From NCBI GenBank assembly GCA_031288515.1, contig JAITRG010000066.1:184-64183 (forward strand): a DNA stretch of 64,000 bases, written 5' to 3'. A model generated the notes under the pieces. It did not search any database. It was not told the origin of the DNA and was given only the letters and a program-made list of their open reading frames with translations. Positions within the stretch are counted from its first letter, which is position 1. Each line of letters starts with the position of its first letter. Shown here piece by piece: positions 19,347-28,906 of the stretch. The position numbers and the translations under genes were made by a program. Source of the stretch: Tannerellaceae bacterium. GTDB lineage: Bacteria > Bacteroidota > Bacteroidia > Bacteroidales > Tannerellaceae.

Positions 19347-20921
19347 ATGATGATACAAAAGAATTTTTTTTGCATTTGTTTTTTTGCCATTTTTCTAATG
19401 GTGTGCAATGGAGTATCCGGACAGGAAACAAGAAAAAAAGAGGCTCCGGCAGATATTTTCAATCAATTTCAAGTCCCGCAATGGTTCAAGGACGCCAAAT
19501 TCGGATTATGGTTGCACTGGGGGCCTCAATCTATTCCCGCAAAAGGCGGCGGTTGGTATGCCCGCCACATGTACGCGCACGGCGAAGACCTGACCGATGG
19601 CTGGGGTAGTGACGCATGGCCCTATCATAGGGAAACCTACGGACACCAGTCAGAATTTGGCTATAAAGATATTATCAACCTATGGAAAGCGGAAAAATTC
19701 GATGCGGATGCCACGATGAAGCAGTTTAAGAGATGGGGTGCGCGTTATGCCGCCATTATCGGGCAGCATCACGACAATTACGATTTATTCTATTCGCCGG
19801 TGCATCAGTGGAACGCCGTCAATGTTGGCCCCAAGCGCGATATATTAGGTGAGTTTGCCACCGCTGCCCGCAAGTACGGACTGAAATGGGCGGCTACTTC
19901 ACATGGCTATTGGGCGAATTGGTGGTATAAACCGGCATTCAGTTGCGATAAGGAAGGTCCGAAAAAAGGAGTATCTTATGATGGAAACCTGACTAAAGTT
20001 GATGGTATCGGACAATGGTGGGAAGGATTAGACCCGCAACAATTGTATGCGCACAAATATCCCGATTTTGAGAAAGAGTTAAATATCCGCCTAATGGATT
20101 TAGTGAAAAATTACCGACCTGATATATTGTATTTCGACAATAATGATATTCCGGCTCCGGCTGTTGCAGCCTGTGAATATTTATACAAACAGAGCTTGGA
20201 CAGAGAAGGACATATCCAAACTATTGTTACCGTCAAAAAGCCACAGCAAGGAACTGTCCTTGATTTTGAAAAAGGCATTGCCGATGGCATTATGAACGAA
20301 TACTGGCAAACAGACACCTCTTTGAATGGAGCCTGGTTTATCAAGCCGAACGACGGGAAAGGAAGCGTTGTAGAAAGTTCATCTTCCGGCGAACTGCGTC
20401 ACAATGCTCGCACGCTGGAAGAGTTGTTTGTCGATATTATCAGCAAGCGGGGCGTACTCCTGTTAAATCTTCCTATTTATCCGGACGGCAGTATTCCCCA
20501 AGAACAAATAAATATCATGGATGAGTTCGGAAGTTGGATTAACGCGAACGGTGAAGCTATTTTTGCATCCGAACCTTGGAAGGTTTATGGTAAAGGCGGC
20601 GAAGCTGCCGGAGGACATTTTAATGAGCGTACAGTAACGTCCCAACCTTGGGACGAAAACATCTATCGTTTTACCTGTAATAAGGATAAAAAGACTTTGT
20701 ACGTTCATATCTTCGGTAATCCATCAGGGAAAAAAATCGTAATCAGCGAATTAGCCGACAAGGAATTATTCAATGGTCAGGTGAAAAAAGTGTTTATGGT
20801 ATCGGGTAAAAAATCCGTTCGATATAAAATGACGCCCGAAGGATTATCCGTTATAATGCCCGACAAACTGGATTTCCCGAATTGTAATGTCTTAAAAATT
20901 ACGACGACTGGACTATGGTAA
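19347..20921 (+). CDS. GH29 alpha-L-fucosidase family enzyme (candidate alpha-L-galactosidase)
   Basis: PQWFKDAKFGLWLHWGPQS, HHDNYDL, NVGPKRDI, PDILYFD (nucleophile motif). Confidence 0.88.
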   Translation: MMIQKNFFCICFFAIFLMVCNGVSGQETRKKEAPADIFNQFQVPQWFKDAKFGLWLHWGPQSIPAKGGGWYARHMYAHGEDLTDGWGSDAWPYHRETYGHQSEFGYKDIINLWKAEKFDADATMKQFKRWGARYAAIIGQHHDNYDLFYSPVHQWNAVNVGPKRDILGEFATAARKYGLKWAATSHGYWANWWYKPAFSCDKEGPKKGVSYDGNLTKVDGIGQWWEGLDPQQLYAHKYPDFEKELNIRLMDLVKNYRPDILYFDNNDIPAPAVAACEYLYKQSLDREGHIQTIVTVKKPQQGTVLDFEKGIADGIMNEYWQTDTSLNGAWFIKPNDGKGSVVESSSSGELRHNARTLEELFVDIISKRGVLLLNLPIYPDGSIPQEQINIMDEFGSWINANGEAIFASEPWKVYGKGGEAAGGHFNERTVTSQPWDENIYRFTCNKDKKTLYVHIFGNPSGKKIVISELADKELFNGQVKKVFMVSGKKSVRYKMTPEGLSVIMPDKLDFPNCNVLKITTTGLW

Positions 20922-21958
20922 AGCAGATAAACCGGCTGCTTTGGATAGCAGGCATTGTTTTTTTATGTAGCTGCTCTTCCAATAAGTATTTAAGCCATCG
21001 GGCGGTTCAAATTTTTGAACCGCCCGCCGGTAAATGTTTGGTGTTTATCGGACAGGATTTAGGTGCAGTGGGCGGCTTACCCGGTTACAGCGACGGTTAT
21101 TGCGATGCTTTCGCAACTCCGGCAGGAGTAACGGTGTATCTGGGCTTGAATCCCGGTGGAAAGGTGTTGGGACTGATGGATACCGCCAATTGGGGTTCGG
21201 GCGATTGCTGCGCCAATCAATACGCCGAAGCCAAACGATTTGACGGCGTGATGATTGCCGTAGGCTTGGCTATTGTCGGGCAGGAAACCAATATCGTTCA
21301 AGGCAAATTGGACGGTAATCTTGGTGAAATTTCGTTGTGGATAAAGCAGTTATCCCCGCGTCCGGTATTCCTTCGTATCGGTTACGAATTTGACGGCCAC
21401 GACTGGAACCATTACCAACCGGAAACGTATATTGCTGCGTACCGTTACATAAAAAATTTCATCGACAATCAGGGAATTAACAACGTCGCATACGTTTGGC
21501 AGTCGAAAGGCTGGGGAACACCTTTAACCGATTACGATAAATGGTACCCAGGCGATGAATATGTCGATTGGTACGGTTATTCCTATTTCAACGATCCCGA
21601 CGATGTGATGATACGTTTTGCCCGCACACACGGCAAACCTGTAATTATTGCCGAAGCAACGCCAACACTCCGGGAAAACGGCAAGTTTATCGACGCAGAC
21701 CTTAAAAAGGATGAGGTCGCCCGCGCGATGTGGGATAAATGGTTTACGCCGTTTTTTAATACAATCGAAAATAATGCGGATGTTATCAAAGCCTTTTCGT
21801 ACATTAATGTCGATTGGTATACGCAACGGATGTGGGTAAATGATGCCATTTTTAATCAATGTGATTCCCGTATTCAGAAAAACGGTTATATCAGCAAGAA
21901 ATGGGCGGATAAAATGAAACGGTTGCAGTATATCGTAAAACAAAATAGGAAACCATAA
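20915..21958 (+). CDS. GH26 lipoprotein glycoside hydrolase, beta-1,3-xylanase-like
   Basis: Lipobox LCSC, VFIGQD, LRIGYEFDG (acid/base), YVWQS, DWYGYSYF, KPVIIAEATP (nucleophile). Confidence 0.75.
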   Translation: MVKQINRLLWIAGIVFLCSCSSNKYLSHRAVQIFEPPAGKCLVFIGQDLGAVGGLPGYSDGYCDAFATPAGVTVYLGLNPGGKVLGLMDTANWGSGDCCANQYAEAKRFDGVMIAVGLAIVGQETNIVQGKLDGNLGEISLWIKQLSPRPVFLRIGYEFDGHDWNHYQPETYIAAYRYIKNFIDNQGINNVAYVWQSKGWGTPLTDYDKWYPGDEYVDWYGYSYFNDPDDVMIRFARTHGKPVIIAEATPTLRENGKFIDADLKKDEVARAMWDKWFTPFFNTIENNADVIKAFSYINVDWYTQRMWVNDAIFNQCDSRIQKNGYISKKWADKMKRLQYIVKQNRKP

Positions 21959-22229
21959 TTTCATTTTATAGTTACGTGTTTATGAATAGATTGATTATAA
22001 CATCTGCCTTGGTCTTTTCAAGCCGTAGAACTGGTGGAGTGAGGCGCTTCACGGAGTGGCTCGGGCAGGTTTGTCCACTGTATTTCCTCAATCGATATGT
22101 AACGGCGGCGATTCGATGAAGAGATTCGCGGTAGTTTCAGTGCGGCGGCGCTCCAAACCCTGCCTGAGAAAGGATAAGTTACGGTAATACACGGCATAAC
22201 CAAAGGCTATTTTCTGGAAATAGCTGCCG

Positions 22230-22355
22230 ATGGCGTTAATACAGGAAAAGAACTGAGTCGCTGGTTATTCCCGAAACAAATACGATTGACGGACGGTATA
22301 TCTGGCTGCCAATCTGCCTTGAGGGCAGCAACCCGTTATTGAATGGAAAGATAAG
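22230..22355 (+). pseudogene. Remnant resembling the C-terminus of a GH43 (galactanase-like) enzyme
   Basis: Broken frames give ..RW..PK.TIDGRYIWLPICLEGSNP and IEWKDK, similar to the DGRYIWLPI...IEWKDKW end of Bacteroidetes GH43 proteins. Confidence 0.4.
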
Positions 22356-22402
22356 AGGCAATTATAAGAGAAATTAAACAATTTAAATAAAAAGGATATA
22401 AT

Positions 22403-23335
22403 ATGGAATACAGAGAAATAGGAAAAACAGGAATGAAAGTATCTAGCCTTAGTTTTGGAGCCTCATCGCTTGGCGGCGTTTTCCATTCCGTCAGGGAGGA
22501 AGACGGCATTGAAGCCGTATATACAGCCATAGACCATGGTATAAACTTTATAGATGTGTCTCCTTACTATGGACATCTAAAAGCCGAAATAGTATTGGGT
22601 AAGGCATTAAAGAATATCGACCGAAAAAAGTATTACTTATCTACAAAAGTTGGACGTTACGGCAAAGATGGAAGAAATTGCTGGGATTACACGGCAAAAA
22701 AGGCAGTTGAAAGCGTATATGAAAGCATCGAACGGCTGAATGTCGATTATATTGACCTGATTAATGTACATGATATTGAATTTGCCGATTTGGAAACAAT
22801 TTGTAATGAAACACTTCCCACTCTTGTCGAATTACGGACAAAAGGTGTTGTTAAACACGTTGGAATCACCAATCTGACACTGCGCCATTTCCGATATGTT
22901 ATCGACCATGTTCCGGCTGGAACTGTGGAAAGCATACTGTCATTCTGCCATTACTGTCTCAACGATGATGCGCTGGTTGATTACCTCGATTATTTTGAAA
23001 AGAAAAGTATTGGCGTTATCAACGCTTCGCCTTTTTCGATGGGCCTTTTGACCGGACGTGGCGCTCCGGATTGGCATCCGGCGCCCAAACCTTTACAGGA
23101 TTTATGCCGGAAAGCGGTGGAGTATTGCAAATCGAAAGGAAAGGAAATAGAGCCGCTAGCTGTAAAATATTCGGTTTCAAATCCGCTCATTGCGACAACC
23201 TTGTTCAGCACTGCCCGTCCCGAAGCCGTTTTGAAAAATATAGAATGGGCTGAAAAAGATTTGGATAAGGATTTGTTGCAGGAGGTACAGGCAATATTGG
23301 AGCCACGTTTCAGGGATACATGGCTGAACAGTTAA
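22403..23335 (+). CDS. Aldo/keto reductase, L-galactose dehydrogenase-like
   Basis: LSFGASSLGGVF, FIDVSPYYG, LSTKVGRYG, INVHDIEF, INASPFSMGLLT.RG.P.WHPA. Confidence 0.85.
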   Translation: MEYREIGKTGMKVSSLSFGASSLGGVFHSVREEDGIEAVYTAIDHGINFIDVSPYYGHLKAEIVLGKALKNIDRKKYYLSTKVGRYGKDGRNCWDYTAKKAVESVYESIERLNVDYIDLINVHDIEFADLETICNETLPTLVELRTKGVVKHVGITNLTLRHFRYVIDHVPAGTVESILSFCHYCLNDDALVDYLDYFEKKSIGVINASPFSMGLLTGRGAPDWHPAPKPLQDLCRKAVEYCKSKGKEIEPLAVKYSVSNPLIATTLFSTARPEAVLKNIEWAEKDLDKDLLQEVQAILEPRFRDTWLNS

Positions 23336-23349
23336 TATTAGAATAAGTC

Positions 23350-23751
23350 ATGGAAAATAAAGAATCAGGCTATATTTCGAAACAATATGGTTTCCCGACA
23401 AAAAGATATTGTCAGGCGCTTGATCTGAAGGATGACCCTCAATTAATAGAAGAATATGTCAAGCGGCATAGCGAAAAAGAACATTGGGAGATAATCCGAA
23501 ATGGAATCAGAGAAGTCGGGATCCTGGAAATGGAAATCTATCTTTATGAAAACCATCTGTTTATGATTGTGGAAACACCGTTGGATTTTAGTTGGACGGA
23601 AGCCTTCTCAAAACTGGCGACATTACCTAAACAATCCGAATGGGAAACATATATGTCAGCTTCTCAAGATGCAAAGGAAGATGCAGCATCAAACGAAAAA
23701 TGGCAACTGATGGAACAGATTTTTAAATTATATGAAACTAATGGAAAGTGA
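23350..23751 (+). CDS. L-rhamnose mutarotase-family protein
   Basis: KRYCQALDLKDDPQLIEEY..H, GIREVGILEMEIY, QSEWETYMS. Confidence 0.88.
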   Translation: MENKESGYISKQYGFPTKRYCQALDLKDDPQLIEEYVKRHSEKEHWEIIRNGIREVGILEMEIYLYENHLFMIVETPLDFSWTEAFSKLATLPKQSEWETYMSASQDAKEDAASNEKWQLMEQIFKLYETNGK

Positions 23752-23759
23752 ATAATACA

Positions 23760-24776
23760 ATGAAAGCAGTTGTAATATTAAAAGAAAGAGAAGTTTCAGT
23801 CATTGAGCGGGAAAAACCCGTGTTGAAACAGGGTGAAGCGTTAATAAAAATAAAATATGCAGGATTTTGCGGATCGGATTTGAATACATTTCTTGGTAAA
23901 AATCCGATGGTAAAACTACCCGTTATACCGGGACATGAAATCGGCGCAATTGTCGAAACTGTAACTGACGGCGTTCCTGAAACCATTCAATCCGGAATGC
24001 CATGCACCGTCAACCCTTATACAAGCTGCGGATATTGCTCATCCTGCCGTAACGGGCGTCCAAACGCTTGCCGGTTCAATCAGACATTCGGCGTACAGCG
24101 CGACGGCGCCATGAGCGAATACATCGCTGTTCCTTGGGAGAAGGTGATTGCAGGCAAAGGTATAAGTCCAAAGGATTTTGCGCTGGTCGAACCGATGAGC
24201 GTAGGTTTTCACTCCGTTTCGCGTGCAGGCATCACCGACCTTGACAGAGTGCTGGTTATTGGTTGCGGCATGATAGGCATAGGCGCGGTTGTACGTGCCG
24301 TCCTGCGTGGAGCCGAAGTAATCGCGATGGATGTCGATGATGAAAAGCTGAATCTGGCGAAACGGCTGGGAGCTTCATATACAATTAACTCAAAAACCGA
24401 AGATGTACATGCCCGCTTGCAGGAATTGACCGGAGGCAACGGTGCGGATATTGTTATTGAGGCGGTCGGATCTCCGGTTACCTATCAAGTAGCAGTAAAC
24501 GAGGTTGCATTTACAGGTCGTGTAGTTTGTATCGGTTACGCCAAAAGCGAGGTATCCTTTGAAACGAAATATTTTGTCCAGAAAGAACTTGATATATGCG
24601 GCTCCCGGAATGCCATGCCCGAAGATTTCCGTGCCGTAATGGAATACTTGAAACGGGGGACATGTCCTGTCGATGAACTCATTAGCGGAGTTTATAAGCC
24701 GGAACAGGCGCAACTGGCTTTGGAAGAATGGGCCAGGAATCCGGGAAAAGTATTCAGAATTTTAATTGCTTTCTAA
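23760..24776 (+). CDS. Zn-dependent dehydrogenase, L-galactonate 5-dehydrogenase-like
   Basis: GFCGSD, GHEIG, structural-Zn CGYCSSC..C, VIGCGMIG, GSRNAMPEDF. Confidence 0.85.
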   Translation: MKAVVILKEREVSVIEREKPVLKQGEALIKIKYAGFCGSDLNTFLGKNPMVKLPVIPGHEIGAIVETVTDGVPETIQSGMPCTVNPYTSCGYCSSCRNGRPNACRFNQTFGVQRDGAMSEYIAVPWEKVIAGKGISPKDFALVEPMSVGFHSVSRAGITDLDRVLVIGCGMIGIGAVVRAVLRGAEVIAMDVDDEKLNLAKRLGASYTINSKTEDVHARLQELTGGNGADIVIEAVGSPVTYQVAVNEVAFTGRVVCIGYAKSEVSFETKYFVQKELDICGSRNAMPEDFRAVMEYLKRGTCPVDELISGVYKPEQAQLALEEWARNPGKVFRILIAF

Positions 24777-24790
24777 TAAATGGATTTCAA

Positions 24791-25105
24791 TATGTAATAC
24801 TTCGATCAGTTTATTGACTGCTTGCTCCAGGATCTTTGTCGCATCAGGGAAACCGGTATGATAGGCTTCCATGTAGGATTGAATTAAAATACCATCGTTC
24901 ATTTTTAATTGCGGATTAAACCCTATGATACGGGCTGGAGGGGAAAAAATCTTTTCTTCAGCATCCCACGACGCCGGCGTAGAATATGTGATAAAGCCCC
25001 GAATCCGGGTACTGCAACACAGTCATTTTCCAGCAACAGTATCTCAATATGTCGTATTAACTCAGTCATATGTGCATAGTTAAAAGATAAATTGAACTTA
25101 TGAAA
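24791..25105 (-). pseudogene. Direct repeat copy 2: truncated, frameshifted SPOR-gene 5' end with mutated promoter
   Basis: About 96% identical to 5716-6031; 1-bp deletion in a C run; -7 box TAACTTTG changed to TAACTATG. Confidence 0.92.
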
Positions 25106-26626
25106 CACCCATGAAATAAATTTCGTCCAAGAGGATGTAAATTGGTGGGTATTGTTTACTTTAGGAGCATTCACCAAAAGAAGAATGCTATGAGTACAGT
25201 AATCTTCCAGCAAGTGATTCTCCGGGGTTGTGGCATAGATGTCCACAAGGATGTAGTGGTAGCCACGATCAGTGGCGAAGGTCTAACAACTGAAACCCGC
25301 AGTTACAAGACTTTGGAATGTCCTCGAATGAAGGTCTGGATCGTGAACGCTCGTCATATCAAGTATGTACCGGGTCACAAGACGGACAAGAAGGACAGTG
25401 CCTGGATCTGCAAGCTTCTCTTAGCCGGTTTGTTGAAGCCGAGTTACATTCCTGAGCGTGAACAGCGTGAACTTCGTGACTTGACCCGTTACCGCAACAA
25501 GCTGATCCAGCATGTGGCTTCGGAAAAGAACCGTATCGTCCGTATCCTGGAAGACTGCAATGTCAAGCTTTCGAGTGTAATGAGTAGTTTGGATGGTGTT
25601 GTGGCAACGAAACTGATAGATATGCTAATAGATAAAGGTCAGGTAACAATGGATGACATTGTTTGTGTTTACCATAAAAAACTTGAAGCCAGTCCCGAGC
25701 TTCTTTATCAAGCCTGTGAGGGTTTTATAGAAGCTCATCACGTCTATATGCTGCAGGCTATCGGCAAAGATATGGAGCAGACCGAAATTATCATAGCCGA
25801 TCTGACAGCCCGCATAAAAGAGGTTCTTGCTCCTTGTGAGAATGTCATAGAGCTTTTGCGTAAGATACCGGGATTGAACAGAAAAACGGTTGAAGACCTG
25901 ATCGCCGAGATAGGTGTGGATATGGAAGTCTTCCCTACGGAAAAGTATCTGGCTTCATGGGCAGGCTTATGTCCGGGCAATAATGAAAGCGCCGATAAAA
26001 AAAAGTAACAGGACCACCCATGGCAACAAACAGTTGAAAGCCGTAATTACGGAAGCAGCTTGGGCAGCAACCCGTAGCAAGAATACCTTTTACAGCGCCC
26101 GTTATCACCGGTTGGCATCCCGCAGGGGTAAGAAAAGAGCTTTAATAGCAGTAGGACATTCGATCCTCAAATCGGTATGGCATGTGTTGAAAGAAGGTTG
26201 TGAGTACAGGGAACCCGGTGCGGAATATCTCATCCAAAGGATAGGACAAAAAAGGAAAAACTACTTGAAGAAGGAACTGGAAGCCCTCGGTTATAGGGTG
26301 AAAATCAGCCGTGATACACCTGTTCCCAAAACAAGTTGAATCATAGAATAAGGTCGTTTTTTACTGGCCTGCTGTCTTAAAACAGCAAGAGGTCGTTTAT
26401 GAAACTGACTTCAACAGCTAAGCTGTCAAGACTGTGAGTCTATTTAACACGTGTATGAAATTTTTTCTCCTTAGCTGTTGTAAAACTATAAAATGCCGAA
26501 AGATACTAACCAACCGCATTTGTATCGCTACAAGTGCTTTCTTTTGTTTTGTCTGAACTCTACAATAATTAATTTATTTATGGTTTAAAACAGCTCTCTT
26601 TAAGGGGGAGTGCAATTAAATTTACG
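25106..26626 (+). mobile_element. IS110-family element (inactive) plus a 166-bp unassigned tail, inserted in repeat copy 2
   Basis: Insert is flanked by TATGAAA at 25099-25105 and 26627-26633; further TATGAAA copies at 26398 and 26454 make the right end ambiguous. Confidence 0.8.
25190..26339 (+). pseudogene. IS110 transposase/recombinase pseudogene
   Basis: GCGIDVHKD and KTDKKDSAWI are present, but the MESTG-type segment with the catalytic Glu is missing; frameshift at A8 (25997-26004); C-terminal AAWAA..KNTF, RRGKKRALIAVGHSIL. Confidence 0.9.
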
Positions 26627-26663
26627 TATGAAAGAAAAGCTGTTTTTATTATAAACAAACGTC

Positions 26664-27588
26664 AGTTAATTAATTCAAGTTGCTATTTATAATTTGTACA
26701 ATTTATCAAAAGTATACGCCCAGATGAACATAATGAGTTTAATCAAAAACCTTGATTTAGTGACAGCATGAATTTTTTCAGGCAAATATTTAGCGATATC
26801 GGGGAAAGCAGTTTCCACCTGTTTTCTGCCGATAGTGATAAGATATTCCGTATAGAGGTTATGGGAATTCCTGGAATTACTTTTACGGCTTGCAAGTAAT
26901 CTTATTCCATTTTCCAGCAGCATCTCTTCAAGCAAATAATCAGTATAAGTGGAATCTGCCAACACTTCGCTTCCTTCGGGCAGATTAACAAGTAACTGCC
27001 TGAACCAATCCAGATCATGTTTGCTTCCGGCACTAAAAGTAAATTCCACGAGAATTCCACCCGAAGTAACTATCATGTGGACTTTGAACCCATAGAATCA
27101 ACAGCGTTTGGAAGCGCAGCGCCCTCTGTACTTTTTTATTTTGATAATCAGGGCGTTCGCGATACGGATATTATTGTAAACACTTACAGGAAAACTGTCG
27201 ATACTATAAACGGTTTGAAGGTTCAATTCTTTTATGGCTTGTCCCGTGTGAAAGAAAAGTTCGCCAAGGAGTTCCCCGATCTGAGGCATTCGTCGATTGA
27301 AACGACTTTTGCCAAGCATATGAGGTATAAGCCTTGTACAGCGGACAAAGCAAAGGGATTTTTCAATATTCCCTGCAAAGTATCCGCCCACAAGCAATAC
27401 GACTGTGATGATTTCCGCATCGGTTGTTTTCCGGCTTTCAGGTTCTTTATATCGTCAAAAAATACGTATATTGCAACGGTTTTATTAACCATGGTCAATT
27501 TGTTTTATTGGGTATTAAGCACACCAAATATAACTTATTGACCTTTTTTATTGCTGTAATTTATAGGTAGCAACTTGAATTAATTAAT
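26664..27588 (-). mobile_element. IS982-family element with frameshifted transposase
   Basis: Terminal IRs TTAATTAATTCAAGTTGC (about 26666-26683) and GCAACTTGAATTAATTAA (about 27570-27587); ORF pieces 27232-27498, 27098-27397 and 26687-27076 contain IDSFPVSV, LADSTY, RKQVETAF. Confidence 0.85.
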
Positions 27589-27903
27589 GGCTTGGCTGAA
27601 AAGGGGAAAAGTACGATGGGCCGGTTCTTTGGTTTTAAATTGCATCCGGTATGTAATGAACGTGGAGAGTTATTGAATTTTTGCCTCATGTGTGGGAATG
27701 TGGATGACAGGAATGCAGATACAATCAATACCATATGCAAAGGCTTATTTGGCAAATTGTATGCTGATAAAGGGTATATATCAGCTTTCCTGTTTGAGTT
27801 TTTGTTTGACAACAATAGCATTCATTTAATCATCGGGATCAGGAGGAATATGAAGAACAAACTCATGAGTTTCAGGAATAGGATTCTTCTGCGCAAACGA
27901 TGA
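27589..27903 (+). pseudogene. Internal fragment of a second IS982-family transposase
   Basis: GKSTMG.FFGFKLH, GNVDDR, LFGKLYADKGYIS, RRNMKNKLM; begins exactly at the end of the preceding IS. Confidence 0.85.
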
Positions 27904-28083
27904 ATTTATGGCCAAGTATGAACAATTTGAGGTGTTCGATGATATAGAAGAAACATATTTTAAGAGGAAGAGTTGGTAACAATACAAGTTGCAAAGTATG
28001 GGCGGGCATCTTGAACTCTTTGTAAGAATTTGGTAAAAAGGCATTTCTTATCCTGGGATTGTTCATATTATATTCAAAAGTAA

Positions 28084-28722
28084 TTAGTTTGCAAGAGTTG
28101 TCGATCTAGATTCTATTACACCTGTTTTTGGAATAATATGAATGAGAAAACGCTGATTTTTGCTTTCTATTCTTTCGCGCATTGAGCCGCCTGTGCCACT
28201 ACCCGAAATTAGCACTTCACAGTTTTTTCCGAAGTCAATTCCTGAGTTTTGCCAAAAACGATTTAGGGCTAACGCCCGTTCGTAGCTTAACTCGTAATTT
28301 TGTACGTAATTGTCTTTTGATGCTTGCCCTTCGATAATGAGTAGATATTGAATTTCAGGATTTGTTTTTGTAATTTCATCTATTTGATTTTTAACAGCTC
28401 TCCCTGCTTTTTGGAGTTCTTGCAATGTGCTATAATCAATGTCATTTATGTTAGATTTTCCTGTCGGAAAATTTACGCTAATTTTCAAAATGTGTTTCTT
28501 GTAATCGGGATTATAGGCAAAATAAGTACTGTCGATATTATTGAGCGACTTCTTGATTTCTTCTATTTTTTCAAATTCCTCAAGTTTGAGTGCTTGTTCG
28601 CCTATTTTATTATGCAACAATACAATAACCAACACAAAAAGTAGCAACATCACGAAAAACAAACTCATCATTAAGTCGGAGTAACTGGTCCAGAAAAAGG
28701 ATTCTTTTTTATTTTTGATCAT
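28084..28722 (-). CDS. ZorB/MotB-like protein with OmpA-type peptidoglycan-binding domain
   Basis: N-terminal TM FWTSYSDLMMSLFFVMLLLFVLVIV with the MotB/ZorB-type Asp; IIEGQAS, NYELSYERALAL, NQRFLIHI. Confidence 0.8.
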   Translation of the reverse strand: MIKNKKESFFWTSYSDLMMSLFFVMLLLFVLVIVLLHNKIGEQALKLEEFEKIEEIKKSLNNIDSTYFAYNPDYKKHILKISVNFPTGKSNINDIDYSTLQELQKAGRAVKNQIDEITKTNPEIQYLLIIEGQASKDNYVQNYELSYERALALNRFWQNSGIDFGKNCEVLISGSGTGGSMRERIESKNQRFLIHIIPKTGVIESRSTTLAN

Positions 28723-28728
28723 AGTCAA

Positions 28729-28905
28729 TTATTTGAAATTCAACAATAATTTGATTAAATCGATATTTGTAAACCCTAAAATCAATATAGCCGAACTTGT
28801 GCAAACTACCATGATAAAGCGTTTCGTTTTTTAACTTTTTACTCAAAAATATTTGTGGGCAATACCAAACAAGCTTGTTATTGCTTTGATAATTATTCCT
28901 GCCAT
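28729..28905 (-). pseudogene. Possible decayed 58-codon two-helix membrane gene
   Basis: ATG lies 1 nt after the zorA-like stop and the frame ends at the base before the zorB-like ORF; two in-frame stops (TGA, TAA). Confidence 0.35.
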
Positions 28906-28906
28906 A

